Shown: positions 25,652-49,744 of the stretch, in pieces
How positions within the stretch are numbered: position 1 is the stretch's first letter
Layout of the letters: every line of letters begins with the position of its first letter
Assembly: GCA_030141605.1 (NCBI GenBank)
Contig: JAQGDQ010000398.1
Coordinates: 62,001-126,000 of the forward strand
Direction of reading: 5' to 3'
Length of the DNA: 64,000 nucleotides
DNA from: Tubiluchus corallicola
Taxonomy: Eukaryota; Animalia; Priapulida
Notes under the pieces: model-generated
What the model was told of the DNA's origin: nothing
Database searches by the model: none
What the model saw: only the letters and a program-made list of their open reading frames with translations
Translations under genes and position numbers: made by a program

Positions 25652-26399
25652 TCGCAAAATTTTTGTTCATAAGGCTAAACTGAATGGGTGTAGCTGTACT
25701 ACATAGTCAAGTTTATATAGTCGTGACGTTGTCGATAAAGACAAGAATATTAGCAAAGATGGCAAAACAATTACAATTCCAGTGTCAAGAAATTGGTGGT
25801 AGCGACTGTATCAATTAGGCGTGAAAACATGCATTTAATGTGGTTTAACTTTGTTATTTCATTGGTATTATCAGTGACCTTCTAATACTTGAAATGTTCA
25901 AGTTACATGAAAAGCAATAGTTAATAAGAATGATATAAATAAGTCATTTCTGATAACCTTTAATCAACAAGCCTTCAAAGAGCAAGCTTAAAAAGCAGCA
26001 ATAGTTTCTAAATATATGGAGCTTCTTAAACGCATTGTACACATGCACGTACACATCGAATATTATTTCAAATTTTCGTTTAATCTTGGCAAGCTCCAGC
26101 CTTAGCAGTCTTTCGGAATTCATTTGGCATTAATGTCTTCACCACTGGATCACCATTATTGTCATAAAGATTTCCTCGTCTGCGACCCGATCTTAGGACA
26201 CCCGACCCGACTATGTGCAATCAACACGTTTATTAAGGGTAAATGATCAGTTCCACTTAACAGGCACTGTCAATACTATAAATCAAGCCAAAAGGAAGAA
26301 TTAGTAGCCTGCATACCATACTAAGGCACAAAATGTCATTTCAAAACAAAAGAGTAGACTCCAAATTCTCGAAGTAATGTGATGTAACTAAAAAGAAAT

Positions 26400-28330
26400 T
26401 CTAACAAAATATAAAAAATTACCTTATAGTCATGAAAGGCTTAGTGAAACAATGGTCACGATATAATAAAATGTCATTGTCATTGAATTACTCATTCTTC
26501 TGTGGTAATGAACCTTCCCCTTACTGTCTAAAATAGGTCTGATATCAGCACGTTTTTTTTCAATTTTGCAGGTGTTAACATCTCCTGAAGTAGGCCACAG
26601 TGAAACGGCATGGTCGATGTCCTTGGTCCAGATAACGAGCGAAGAAGGTCGATGCCTGAACGTGGCCACTTGTTTTTAACACCAGGCGTGTGACACGTAG
26701 ATGTTTGCCGAAAGATGGAAATCGTGTAAGGAAAATGAATGATAAATCAATGTAGGGAATTGAGCTGACAACATAGATTCAAAAGAGGGCTTCAGTTTGA
26801 ATTAACTTTAGTTCTTTGGGTGTAACTGCAGCCATTTTAGATGTAGGCCATTCAGTTTTGGGTTTCTTTGAAATTTTAGGTCATTAATACCAAATGTCAG
26901 TTAATTGTTCATCAGCAATGTGTGCTGCTGTATCTGCCAATTGATTCTAGGGAGAAACGTAATGAAATGTGAGGTGAGAATGACATTTAATTTCAGATAT
27001 ATCTGCACAAAGATGAATAACGTCTTCAAAAATTGCAACCAGTGAAGTGCACACAGCGCGTCGGTAAATATACAACAAGAAGAAATGCTTCAACGGCATG
27101 GATGGAAAGATCGTAGCACGGACACCAATCAACACTCCCTGATGCCAGGCGAGATATCGTCTAAGAGTGTCTTCACAGGTAGAAAGTCCACATGGACTGC
27201 GCCATCGTTCCATACTTGCCCGCAGAAAAATCACACAGGTGTATGTCAAACACAATGCATCTGAGAATCAAATAAAATCATAATATTCGATGATTCATTA
27301 TGATTCATATGATTCATACATATAGATCGCGGCAGTCTAATAACGAAGCATGAAAATACTCGATCTACTAATATCATTATCATCTAATATAAATGGCTTG
27401 CTGATAGTTCCGTAAAAAATCTTCACTTGTCGTTCACTGTGAAACAATCCCCAAAATCATTCTCGCATTTTTCAGCACTTCGCGTTTAGTATTTGCATTA
27501 TGTTGATTTACCTGTAGGGGGTTCTGAACAGTCTTTGTTCAGAACTAGTAATCTTATCGTCTTTGGGGACTTTGTTGAAAGCAGCGTCATTACTCATCCA
27601 CTCTCGAAGATACATAGAAGCCTGAGAAAATAAAAACTTCGCTTCTTTATAGAAATTAATTGCATCCGTGGACGACTTAAGAACGACTAAGTTATTATCC
27701 TCATAGATGTTTGAGAAGAAATAGAATCAGAATGATTTAAATGATACCTCACGGTGTCCTCAAGTAGGCTAGTAGATCAATTGAGAATAGATGGTGGTGT
27801 GCTGTTCCTTTAGAAATTTTAAACATACAGAGCTTCTCAGAGTCATTGTACACATACACGTACACATCGAAGTTTATTTCTCTTTTCAAATATTCTTTTA
27901 ATCTCGGTTTTATCCCAGGTGCTATGGATAACAAACTAATGCGATGTGGATGCAACGGACCGACGTACTCCAGATTGGGAATCATAACTCTTTGAACGTA
28001 GCACAACTTTGAACAATAAAGTTATCAAGCCAGGTCGTATCTCCATATGACTTAGTTCCGACATGCTATTAAGTAAATAGTAAAAAGTTAGAAATAGTAA
28101 AAGTTGTCTGGAAGAAAATCTATCTAAATATATGACAAAGTAGTTTTGCAATACATATTAGCTTTTCTGCCGTTAAAATAGCTCTTTAAAAATATCAGCA
28201 GGTAATTTGTCCCTGTGTACAGGTGCAGAAACATGATCTATAATTCTAACAACTTCTGGTATCACAAATTTAGACATTAGCGGATTCATTCTAGTACAGA
28301 AATATGGCATAGTTCTAACTGCCAAAAGTA
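26400..28330 (-). mobile_element. Highly decayed BEL/Pao LTR-retrotransposon pol relic
   Basis: Hand translation of 27720-27520 (minus) gives NIYEDNNLVVLKSSTDAINFYKEAKFLFSQASMYLREWMSND, matching the BEL RT YVDN..ASMNLREW.SN signature. Further along are GVLIGVRA and ISEIK..LTFHYVS..NQLAD (RNase H region). Boundaries are approximate. Confidence 0.75.
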
Positions 28331-28729
28331 GCAAGTTGAATTAGCTCAAACATTCCAAATGGAATTTCCTATTGATGTGCTACGTTTACAGATAAACAAC
28401 TGCACTGTTTCCAGAGTCCTGGTAACTTCTAAGCATTAATGTTTTTTTTTGTTTCTGGATTCGCCCAATAAAGTCTGCATATGGACGGCATAGCTGGTTC
28501 TGTCACCGATGGTACAGTCTTTCATGACGGGAATTTTAGTGGACATAGACTTCTATGGTGGACATTAGAACTGCAATTGTGCATAACCATCAGGATTTAC
28601 AGGCATGAACAGTATGCAATGGATTCAAACAACGGTAGCAGCTTTGCTGTTGCTCAGATAATACAGAAATATCATGATATGCCAGATATGCCAGAGAATC
28701 CCGATATTGAAGTACAAATGTCAAGATTA

Positions 28730-29290
28730 ATCTGGTGATGCAGATGTTCTCATTGTTGACGCAAAAATTGCATTGAATGGCATAGTTCAGGTACTGGGAG
28801 AGGACACACATCTGCTGATATTACTTTGTTACCTTGTTAACAGTGTTACTGTGTTACTTTATTAAGCAGCTATTCCACAGACAGAATTATATTCCGATCA
28901 GAAAAGCAGGCTTGCAGAAAGATGTTTTGGACATCGGTAGTGTGAGGAGAAATTTAGGTGTGAGGGTGACCAATCTTTTACGATTCTTCCAAGCAATAAG
29001 TGGTTGTGATATAACATCACAGCTTTTTCGGATAAGAAAAGCAGCCATCTTGAAGCAGGCTGCAGTCATCAACAAGCTAGATGACACAGCACGCGTTTTT
29101 ACGGTCCAAAAACAAGTACCAGAGACAGAAGAAAAGGTATAGTTTATGTTTATGGTGGAAGGGAAGAACGCTTAGATCATCTTCGTAAATCTAGATGGTC
29201 CAAAAAGGCACATACTCGTACAGCCCCTGTGCAAGTCTACACCCTACCGCCAGTTAGTGATCCAGTAAAATACTACAGCCATCTTGTAGC
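28730..29290 (+). mobile_element. Relic of a transposon-borne PIN/XPG-like (H3TH) protein
   Basis: Frameshifted pieces GDADVLIV..VLGEDTHLLILLCY, FFQAISGCDITSQLF.I.K, LDHLR and TLPPVSD. These match the 'HAxSGCDTTS..GK..LPPT' family common in invertebrate repeats; superfamily not assigned. Confidence 0.6.
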
Positions 29291-30105
29291 TACAGGGTCA
29301 ATATTCCGTGTAAACATTATCATTGTGAGCCAGTTCTGTGCCATTACTGGCGTTGTGGCATGTATGGTATGGGCTCAGTACAGGCAAGTCAAAACTAGTA
29401 ATCGGGCCAGTAACTTGCCTGTGCCGCTCCAGAGCTCGCCCAGCATGGAACCGGTTAATGTGCCAGAAATGTCTGCATTAATTTTTCATCCCGGTAACCT
29501 AATTAAGCCAGCACTAAATCCTTATTGAGTCAGTATAGTAATTGTTTTCAATTTTAGCTTTGTTCTCTGTGACAGCCCTATAGAATAGTGCTCTCAGTTT
29601 ATCCTACTAGTTAAAGTTCTACAAGTAGGTTTGCTAAGTTAAGCAGAGTAGCGCCAATGAGCTTAATTTTGCATTACAAAGTGAAGTGCTTGTTTTAGTT
29701 AGTATTATAATTATTATCCCCCAGTCTAGCTTAGTGCCATCTACTGTCAACTTTGTTTACTAATGCAGGGAACCAGGCACATGAACTTGACAGGTGAACT
29801 TCCTTATTTGGCAAGTTTGACCACCAGTCATGAATGGAGATTCACAGGTGAACAGATGAACAGACATTCACAGCTGCTGCCCTTTTGTGGCCTGTTTGAT
29901 TGGTCAGATTTAGGTGATGAACCAACCTTTACATGTTATGCAGTCACTCAGCTTACAGTAAACATGTTCGCCTGAAAAACTTGGCCACAAAGCAGAGTGT
30001 GAAAATTTTGGCCCTGCAATATGGTTGCTCTACTTTAGTTTTAACAATTCTCGGTTTAAAGGATGATATTGCATTTATTAATTGAACTTCCTCAGCAGAA
30101 CCCAG

Positions 30106-30374
30106 TGTAGCAGACTTAGCTTTTTTTTGTTAATCTTACTTATCGTGCACGAGGCGCCATCTGTGACGGAAATGTAAACCTTTTGGTTTTGGCCAGTTTT
30201 TCTGTTTGTTACCTGCTAGTCACCTGTCTGTGATTACACACCTGTGCTCTGAAAAGTCAGGTTAATCCACTTTATGGGAGCTGTTGGACATTTATGTTAT
30301 GCTGGACATACTGATTATGTTAATAAAGCACTCAGTGGTATTAACCTCTGTCTACAGTGTTTTCTGTGACTACA
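30106..30374 (+). mobile_element. Solo LTR (269 bp) with 5-bp target-site duplication
   Basis: Termini TGTAG...CTACA are inverted (TG..CA). CCCAG flanks both sides (30101-30105, 30375-30379), and an internal AATAAA lies at ~30322. Confidence 0.85.
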
Positions 30375-31123
30375 CCCAGAACTAGAGTACTTCTGCAATG
30401 GTTATACTTAACCTTTGTGATCCGGGGCTGTTCGTCATTTAGGAAGCCCATAGAGACTTTGCTGTTTATGATGAACGAGGCCAGGTCGTTTAAACGGACT
30501 ATTGGTAGTATTCAGAAAACCAACCTGTGGTCAGTCTTCCTGCTAATGCCTTCGGATACTCTAGACTTGATACCGTGCATTCCTCAGTTGACGGAGTTAA
30601 TGCCACGCCCGATATCATCTAGACCCTGTCAGATACCGCAGTTTCCTTTTTGGAAAGTCTGCCGTTAGATTGTTCTAGTACACGCCGCCGTCGACAGTAA
30701 CAGTGATGAGGTTAAGGTAGTTAGTCAACGTGTGCACAGAAACTTTCACGATACGTACAGTTTATGGTGTTTTGTGGTTCATTTAAAAATCCCGGGTAAA
30801 ATAAAAGACAGTAGCTAAACTATAATTTCTGGCACATCTTTGCTAATTATTTCGCAAATGCGTTTTTCTTATGTTAAACAAGATTGAGTTTACAGTTAAG
30901 TGATTGTTTGTCTATCTGTTCTTATAATGTTAAACTCTCACGTTATGGAAGCTCCCCAGGGAACCACAGCTTTAGATCAAATAAAGCTGTGCTGTTTCTT
31001 CAAGTATGTGTGGTGTATTAGCACCAGTGTTTTAGCGGTACTCAAGCCATTCCGACATAAATACATTTACAGCATTTTGGCCCAAACAGATTATCACATT
31101 CCCAGTACTGTAGTTCCATGGTC

Positions 31124-31413
31124 TTGAGCCAGTGAGACAGCACAGTAATTGTTTTCAATTCCAGCTTTATTCTCTGTACTGTAATTCCATGGCTGAATAA
31201 TGAGCATTTGAGTTTATATATGCTCATGTGTTTATGGAACTACAGTGAATAAGATTAGAACTTTATTAACTGTCACTGCAGTTGATTGAACTCTAGTTTT
31301 ATTCACTGTAGTTGCATAAATACATAATGAGCAGTTTATGCCCAATATTCGGTCGTGGAATTACAGTACTGAGAACAAAGCTAGAATTGAAAAGAATTAC
31401 TATACTGGCTCAA
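31124..31413. repeat. ~290-bp imperfect palindrome (foldback/MITE-like)
   Basis: The arm TTGAGCCAGT..GTAATTGTTTTCAATTCCAGCTTT..ACTACAGTGAATAA..AACTG pairs with CAGTT..TTATTCACTGTAGT..AAAGCTAGAATTGAAAAGAATTAC..ACTGGCTCAA around a ~6-nt loop at ~31273-31278. Confidence 0.88.
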
Positions 31414-31690
31414 TAAGTGTTTAATGCTAGCTTAATTAGGTTGCCTGAGTCAGGCTTGGCAACGAAGATTTAAAAGACATTTAATTTGATAAAAGTTTTT
31501 CTCTTTATTTTATGAAACAGTATGGAGCCATATAAGTAGTGGGTAATATATTTGGAAGAATTTCTGACTGTTTTTGATAACTGTCCTTTGATTTGTCGAA
31601 GGTAAGCTTTCACGTGCAGAAAAAACAACAACGAAAAATACAATAAATTATTTCATCGCATTTTATTTTGTTTTTAGATCACCTTAACTA

Positions 31691-31772
31691 ATTCATTTAT
31701 GATACACATCAACTGTTCTGTTGTAATAACCATTCATTTATGATACACATCAACTGTTCTGTTGTAATAACC
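31691..31772. repeat. 41-bp tandem duplication in the 3' UTR of CPB copy 2
   Basis: ATTCATTTATGATACACATCAACTGTTCTGTTGTAATAACC occurs twice in tandem. Confidence 0.9.
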
Positions 31773-31958
31773 TTTCCCAAATCATGCGCTTGTCTAATAG
31801 CAGTCATCTTTGTCTGGGGTATGCAAACGTTTGTATAACACCACAAATTCAATTTTGAATTCACATGTGCAACAAGAATAAAAATCTAAAGCAATATATT
31901 TCAGGAATTATCAAATGAATTTTGTCTCAATATTTCAAGCTGAAGCATGACCATGTTA

Positions 31959-44227
<12,269 letters not shown>

Positions 44228-44285
44228 GATGGAACTGGGAGTTTACTTCGCAACCAGTGAGAGAAAGCAACTAACTCCTAGACGG

Positions 44286-44354
44286 CTATCAAGCAAATCT
44301 TTTATACCAACTGCTATTATCTGGTACACTGATGAACAGCTGTGTAATTTCTCA
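44286..44354 (-). promoter_or_regulatory. CPB copy 2 core promoter: TATA, GATA, E-box/TC-box
   Basis: Near-identical to the copy 1 promoter; CAGCTGtgtaaTTTCTCA at 44337-44354. Confidence 0.65.
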
Positions 44355-45920
44355 TCACAAAATTTTTGCTCATAAGGCTAAACTGAATGGGTGTGTGTAG
44401 CTGGTATACAGAGACTAGTATAAAGCTTGTCAGATTGCATTTTGTTTACGTCTTTCCGTGTACATTTGTGTTTGTTCGTGTAAATCCAGCATATGGACTA
44501 AAAGTCCAATGACTGGAATGTATGTATTTCTTTTATTTGTGACAAAATAAAAAAATGATTTTATGCTGCTAATAAAATGCAAAGATACATAAGCAACAGA
44601 AATCTTTTCATTCAGATCCTTCATTAAGAAACCAAATTATGTTACTTTTTCAACGGTCAATTTCTGCCAAATTTTAGCGCTTTCGGTTTGAAAAATTTGG
44701 CTCTCACTGATTCATTTTATAAGGTTACACCAAGAAAATACTTGTACAATAAGACTAAAACCTTTCATGAACTTGATATATTATTAGAGAATGTTTGACT
44801 CGAAATATTCAAGTAAGAAATAAATAATTTATCCTTTTGAGAATTCTTTTAGTCAATTCTATACATATAAAATATAGAATTGACTAATCGAATTCTCAAC
44901 AGTTTTTCTTCATCCATATCTATTTTCAAATTATTTACCTTGCTTGTAAATAATAATAAATAAATAAGTAATATGAATGCCCTCCTGAGACTTGTCATCT
45001 TTGCTGCATGATTAAAAACTTTAGAAAAACGACTGCTCCTTTCCTAGTCTCAGAATGTCTTTTATTAGACTCAGAATGGACTGCTTTGAGACTTAGAAAG
45101 GGTAATGAAATTTTTATTCATGTTATAAAACTAAAATATGTAAAATATACAGTGGTTTGCGAGACATCCTGTATAACAGTTTCAATGAATAAGTTTTAAT
45201 GCAGAGTGGACGTGTACCGACATGACCTTGAAAAAATGAACTATAACAAAAAATACTTGACAGGAGTCGTGAGTGACTTGTGTGATACAAACAGCTGCAA
45301 CCCAAAGTATTTATCGCACTCCTGCAAATTAACTGATAATGATAACCAATAGGACATTGAAATATTGTCATGGATTTTAATAAAGTTAGGCTACATATTA
45401 TAGTTTACTTCACGCCTTAAACACCCGTCTTTTAATGTTGTCAAAGTACACGAGGTGCTAACATGTCTATCGCAACCCAACAATGACCAGATCATTGTAA
45501 TCAGTACTAATGTTAAATCTATTGCACTGCAGTTTCTTGATGCCCAAAGAAGTTGTGCATCGCATCTCAGTAAACTGGACATAGCATTAATCGTGTGTTG
45601 TGTTAGTTGTAATGGCACACAGGGTCGTTCATGGCAAATTTTTTAACAAAGCACAAGTGAAAAGCCACAACAATTTGACAGAATAAAAATGATCTATATA
45701 TATATATATACTTACAACTGTAGATATTACTCAAGAAAAAATCTATAGTTGTAAGTTTCCGAGCTAGGCTTAGCAAAGTGATCGAAATGCAAGGAAAACA
45801 CATAGAACAATCTTTCAGAGTCGTGTAGATAAAAGATACCAAACGCTAGGTTTCTTTTTCAATTAAAACAGTAAATTTTCAAAAAAAAATCCAGTGTAAT
45901 TTGGAAAGGTCCTAGCTATT

Positions 45921-46079
45921 TCATATCATATCATATCATATCATATCATATCATATCATATCATATCATATCATATCATATCATATCATATCATATCATA
46001 TCATATCATATCATATCATATCATATCATATCATATCATATCATATCATATCATATCATATCATGTCATATCTTATCAT
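45921..46079. repeat. (ATATC)n pentanucleotide microsatellite
   Basis: Directly visible. Confidence 0.97.
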
Positions 46080-46359
46080 AAGGGTTTAAATTTGCCAGAG
46101 AGTTATCTAATCTCTTTTTTTCATCTGCGGGAGACAAAACCGGGTTCGGATGGACCACAGCTCCTCTTATTATTATCTTCTTCAAAATAAATTGTGGATT
46201 AAATTAATGTGTTTTGTTTACATGGCAAATCAAGCAAAGTAACACAAAACCCACATGCCACACCTCGATTGCCGAGTGCAGGTCTGGTTTGGATGCTCGA
46301 TATTGTGTCAAAAACGACTAGTAATAATCAGTATCCAAGTTTCTACATATTCAACATGC

Positions 46360-46705
46360 GAATGAATGAACGAACAAAAGGTGTATGAATGAATGAACAA
46401 ATGAATCAAAGAATATATGAATGAATGAATGAATGAATGAACGAACGAACGAACGAACGAACGAACGAACGAACGAACGAACGAACGAAGGAATAACGAA
46501 TGAATGAAAAAACGAATGATTGAGTGAATTAATGAAAGAACGAATGAATAAAAAAATATATGAATGAATAAATGAATGAATGAATGAATCAAAGAATATA
46601 TGAATGAATAAATGAATGAATGAATGAATGAACGAGCGAACGAACGAACGAACGAACGAATGAGTGAATGAATGAATGAACGAACGAACGAACGAATGAA
46701 TGAAT
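46360..46705. repeat. (GAAT/GAAC)n tetranucleotide tract
   Basis: Directly visible. Confidence 0.95.
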
Positions 46706-47609
46706 TGATTTATTAATCAATCAAGCGATGAATCAATAATTTTGTTATTGTAAATAAACTTGAGGCAATTTTTTTTTTGAATAATTATTATATTAGACAG
46801 CTTAGAAAGTGGTAACTTCAGCCTTACTCTGCCGTCGAAGAAAACACTGTTCTAGTACTCCAGGCAAATCCTCATCTTTTAGCAATAAAGAATTGCAAAT
46901 ATCTTTGTGGCGCAAAGGTAAACTTCATTGTCATGGTAGAGACTTCCTGTGGTAGAGGCAAACGACCTCTTGTGGCTGACTGAGACAAATGACACCGAGC
47001 GTTAGGGGCAAATGACCTTCTTGCAGTAAAGAAAAAACTGAGAGCTATCGCAGCGACGTAGTAAGCACTTGACATGGAGTAGGGATATGAGGCCACGTCA
47101 CAGGAGCAGAAGCAGTTATGACGACGCTAGAAGGAAAAAGTTCAAATCGAAGCTTCTGAACTCATAAGTAAACATCACGTCAAAGAAGGTGGACTAGTCA
47201 TATCTGCGGTAAGAAAGCCTGTCGGCATTTTAGCACTTGTTAATAAATCACGTGTTTCCTAGCTCAATGTCTTCATTTTGCGACGCGACGAACCAACCTC
47301 AATTGTGAAACATTCGAAAACGAGCCTAACAGCATAAAACAGAGAAGAAAAAAATCGAAATTGTGTCAGATTTTGAAAACATAATGCACATCAAATGTTT
47401 TTTTTCTGCTGAGTCTTCGAAAGGAATACCAGTTTCTCATTAAACGTAGCTGAAGATAAACAAAAATGTATATAATAAAATGCACAAATATATTTGCCTA
47501 AAAACACGCACGTGGTAACCTAAGATAATTACTAAATCAAATTTGGTTTTCTAATATTAAATGTCTCACTTGCTAATTCAACACTAAACAGCCATAGTTA
47601 TCTCTTTTA

Positions 47610-47620
47610 TCACGCGCACG

Positions 47621-47678
<58 letters not shown>

Positions 47679-47685
47679 CGCACAC
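47610..47685. repeat. (CA)n microsatellite just upstream of the DUF229 coding exon
   Basis: Directly visible. Confidence 0.95.
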
Positions 47686-47764
47686 CCTGTATTATCCATA
47701 GATCAAAACCGAAGGAGGAACAAGGGAAAATGAAACGTAAGCTTTATATTTGAACATTTCAGAG

Positions 47765-49744
47765 ATGGAGTTATCCGGTGCATTCCGAAGTTGCTTAAGA
47801 AAACTCAGATGCGCTGACACTGTGCAAAACATCATGTTCGTTCTGTGTGGCAGTGCAACGTTTTTGCTTCTGACACAGAATGCAATAGAAGTACGAGAAC
47901 AAGAAACCTCGCTTCCAAAGAATGTCAGTAGATTTGTACCAATGGTATCAAAGTCAGAAGAAATTACTAACGGTAGTACCAGCCAGTGTATTATGCCAAA
48001 TTTATTTCGAGATATGCACGCTCTAAATGTTTTCTACCCAAAAGAAAAGCCATTAAATTGCAATCCTGATAATTGGGTGTACACAAAAAACGGCAGCTTG
48101 TTCTACAATTACACTGCTATCGACACTTTAAGATTGGATCGTGATTCCCTTTTCTGTGAATACAATAAGGTAATTAGGCAGAATGACTCAAACGTTTCCA
48201 TAGACAATGTTGCAGTAACTGGGTATGATGGGATCAAAATTCCCAGTGACTTCTTCAAGGTCACATGCAAAGCACGTACAAGAAACGGTAACGAAACGTA
48301 TGAGAACTACCATGCACACGTTGCCTTTAACTCTCCTGAGGTAAAAAGATTGAAATCAATTGCGGTACAACCAGGAGGTCTTGGTATGGACGTCTTATTA
48401 ATTGGGTTTGATTCTGTTTCTCAAGTATCATTCCAAAGAAACTTGCCGAAAACTTTTGCGTACATGCGAGACGTACTGAAAAGTGTGGTCCTTGAAAACT
48501 ACAATATAGTTGGTGACGGAACTCTTTCAGCACTCATACCAATCTTAACAGGAGTAACAGAAAATGAATTACCACCAACGCGGAAACATGTTAAAGGAGC
48601 AAATTATGTGGACATTTATCCAATGATCTGGAAAAATTTTAAACGTGCTGGCTACATGACGTTCTTTTCAGAAGATCAGCCCGGAATAGAAACATTTCGA
48701 TACAGTATGCGAGGTTTTAAGGAACAACCAACAGATCATTATGGACACACATTTTATATGGGTGCAGAAGAAAAGTACGAAGGAGGACGATTATGTCTCG
48801 GAGGTTCACCAGTTCATAAAATTGCTTTTAATTATGTAAGGGATTTCGTTTATACTTATCGCGAGATGCACAAGTTTCTCTTTTCCTTTCACAATGCTCT
48901 CAGCCATGATAACCCAAGATTACTGCAGCACTGCGACGATGACTTTTTGCAGTTAATTCGTGACCTTTACCAGGAAAGGCTCCTGGACAACGCCATGTTA
49001 ATAATCTTCAGTGACCATGGATCACGGTACGACGAGATACGTACCACTATGCAAGGCCGGCTAGAAGAACGAATGCCATTTGTATCGGTTACACTCCCCA
49101 AGTGGTTCAAAGTGGCATACCAAACAGAATATAACAATTTGCTGACAAACTCAAAGCGATTGGCTACTCCTTTTGGCCTTCATGCATTAATGCAAGAAGT
49201 ACTAGATTTTCAAGGTGCCAAGAGAAGATATACTAAAGACAGTAGGAATATTAGTTTGTTTGGTGAATTGCAATTCAACAGAACGTGTGAAGGGGCCAAC
49301 ATTGATACACATTGGTGTGCGTGCCTTGAATGGAAGCCCGTTAGTGTGCGTGATAATACTGTGTTTGAGGTCGCAAAGGCTGTCATTGATTACATTAACA
49401 ATCTCACGAGAGAGAAAAGACAAGTGTGTGTTGAACTTCAACTAGATGAAATTATTTATGCTGAAATACTAAAACCGAATAAAGATGTGCTCACTTTCGA
49501 GAGAAACATTAACGTAACTACAGCAGATTACCGAGTTACCCTCCGTAGTAAGCCAAGTGGGGCACTTTTTGAGTCAACAGTAAAGGTGAGCGAAGGAGCA
49601 GGTCCTCTTGTCAAGGAGGACATGATAAGTCGGGTGAATAAGTATGGTGAACAGCCACACTGCATTTATAACGAAAGAGGGGATTTGAGAAAATACTGTT
49701 ATTGTAAGAATCTAATTTTAGCAGTGATCGCATCTACCAACTAG
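47765..49744 (+). CDS. DUF229-family protein (alkaline phosphatase/sulfatase superfamily), type II membrane, 659 aa, single coding exon
   Basis: ATG at 47765 and an N-terminal hydrophobic anchor (IMFVLCGSATFLLL). Family motifs: VLLIGFDSVSQVSFQRNLPKT, YNIVGDGT, GYMTFFSED, GFKEQPTDHY, LSHD, IFSDHGSRY, GRLEERMP, IDTHWCAC, ISRVNKYG..C..LRKYCYC. Confidence 0.92.
   Translation: MELSGAFRSCLRKLRCADTVQNIMFVLCGSATFLLLTQNAIEVREQETSLPKNVSRFVPMVSKSEEITNGSTSQCIMPNLFRDMHALNVFYPKEKPLNCNPDNWVYTKNGSLFYNYTAIDTLRLDRDSLFCEYNKVIRQNDSNVSIDNVAVTGYDGIKIPSDFFKVTCKARTRNGNETYENYHAHVAFNSPEVKRLKSIAVQPGGLGMDVLLIGFDSVSQVSFQRNLPKTFAYMRDVLKSVVLENYNIVGDGTLSALIPILTGVTENELPPTRKHVKGANYVDIYPMIWKNFKRAGYMTFFSEDQPGIETFRYSMRGFKEQPTDHYGHTFYMGAEEKYEGGRLCLGGSPVHKIAFNYVRDFVYTYREMHKFLFSFHNALSHDNPRLLQHCDDDFLQLIRDLYQERLLDNAMLIIFSDHGSRYDEIRTTMQGRLEERMPFVSVTLPKWFKVAYQTEYNNLLTNSKRLATPFGLHALMQEVLDFQGAKRRYTKDSRNISLFGELQFNRTCEGANIDTHWCACLEWKPVSVRDNTVFEVAKAVIDYINNLTREKRQVCVELQLDEIIYAEILKPNKDVLTFERNINVTTADYRVTLRSKPSGALFESTVKVSEGAGPLVKEDMISRVNKYGEQPHCIYNERGDLRKYCYCKNLILAVIASTN

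Noticed and set aside
47750-47764. TTG start of the DUF229 ORF, and the starts of ORFs 51997-53442 and 15616-15831
   Set aside because: These are ORF-caller starts in UTR or intron sequence; the eukaryotic ATG and splice sites give better models.
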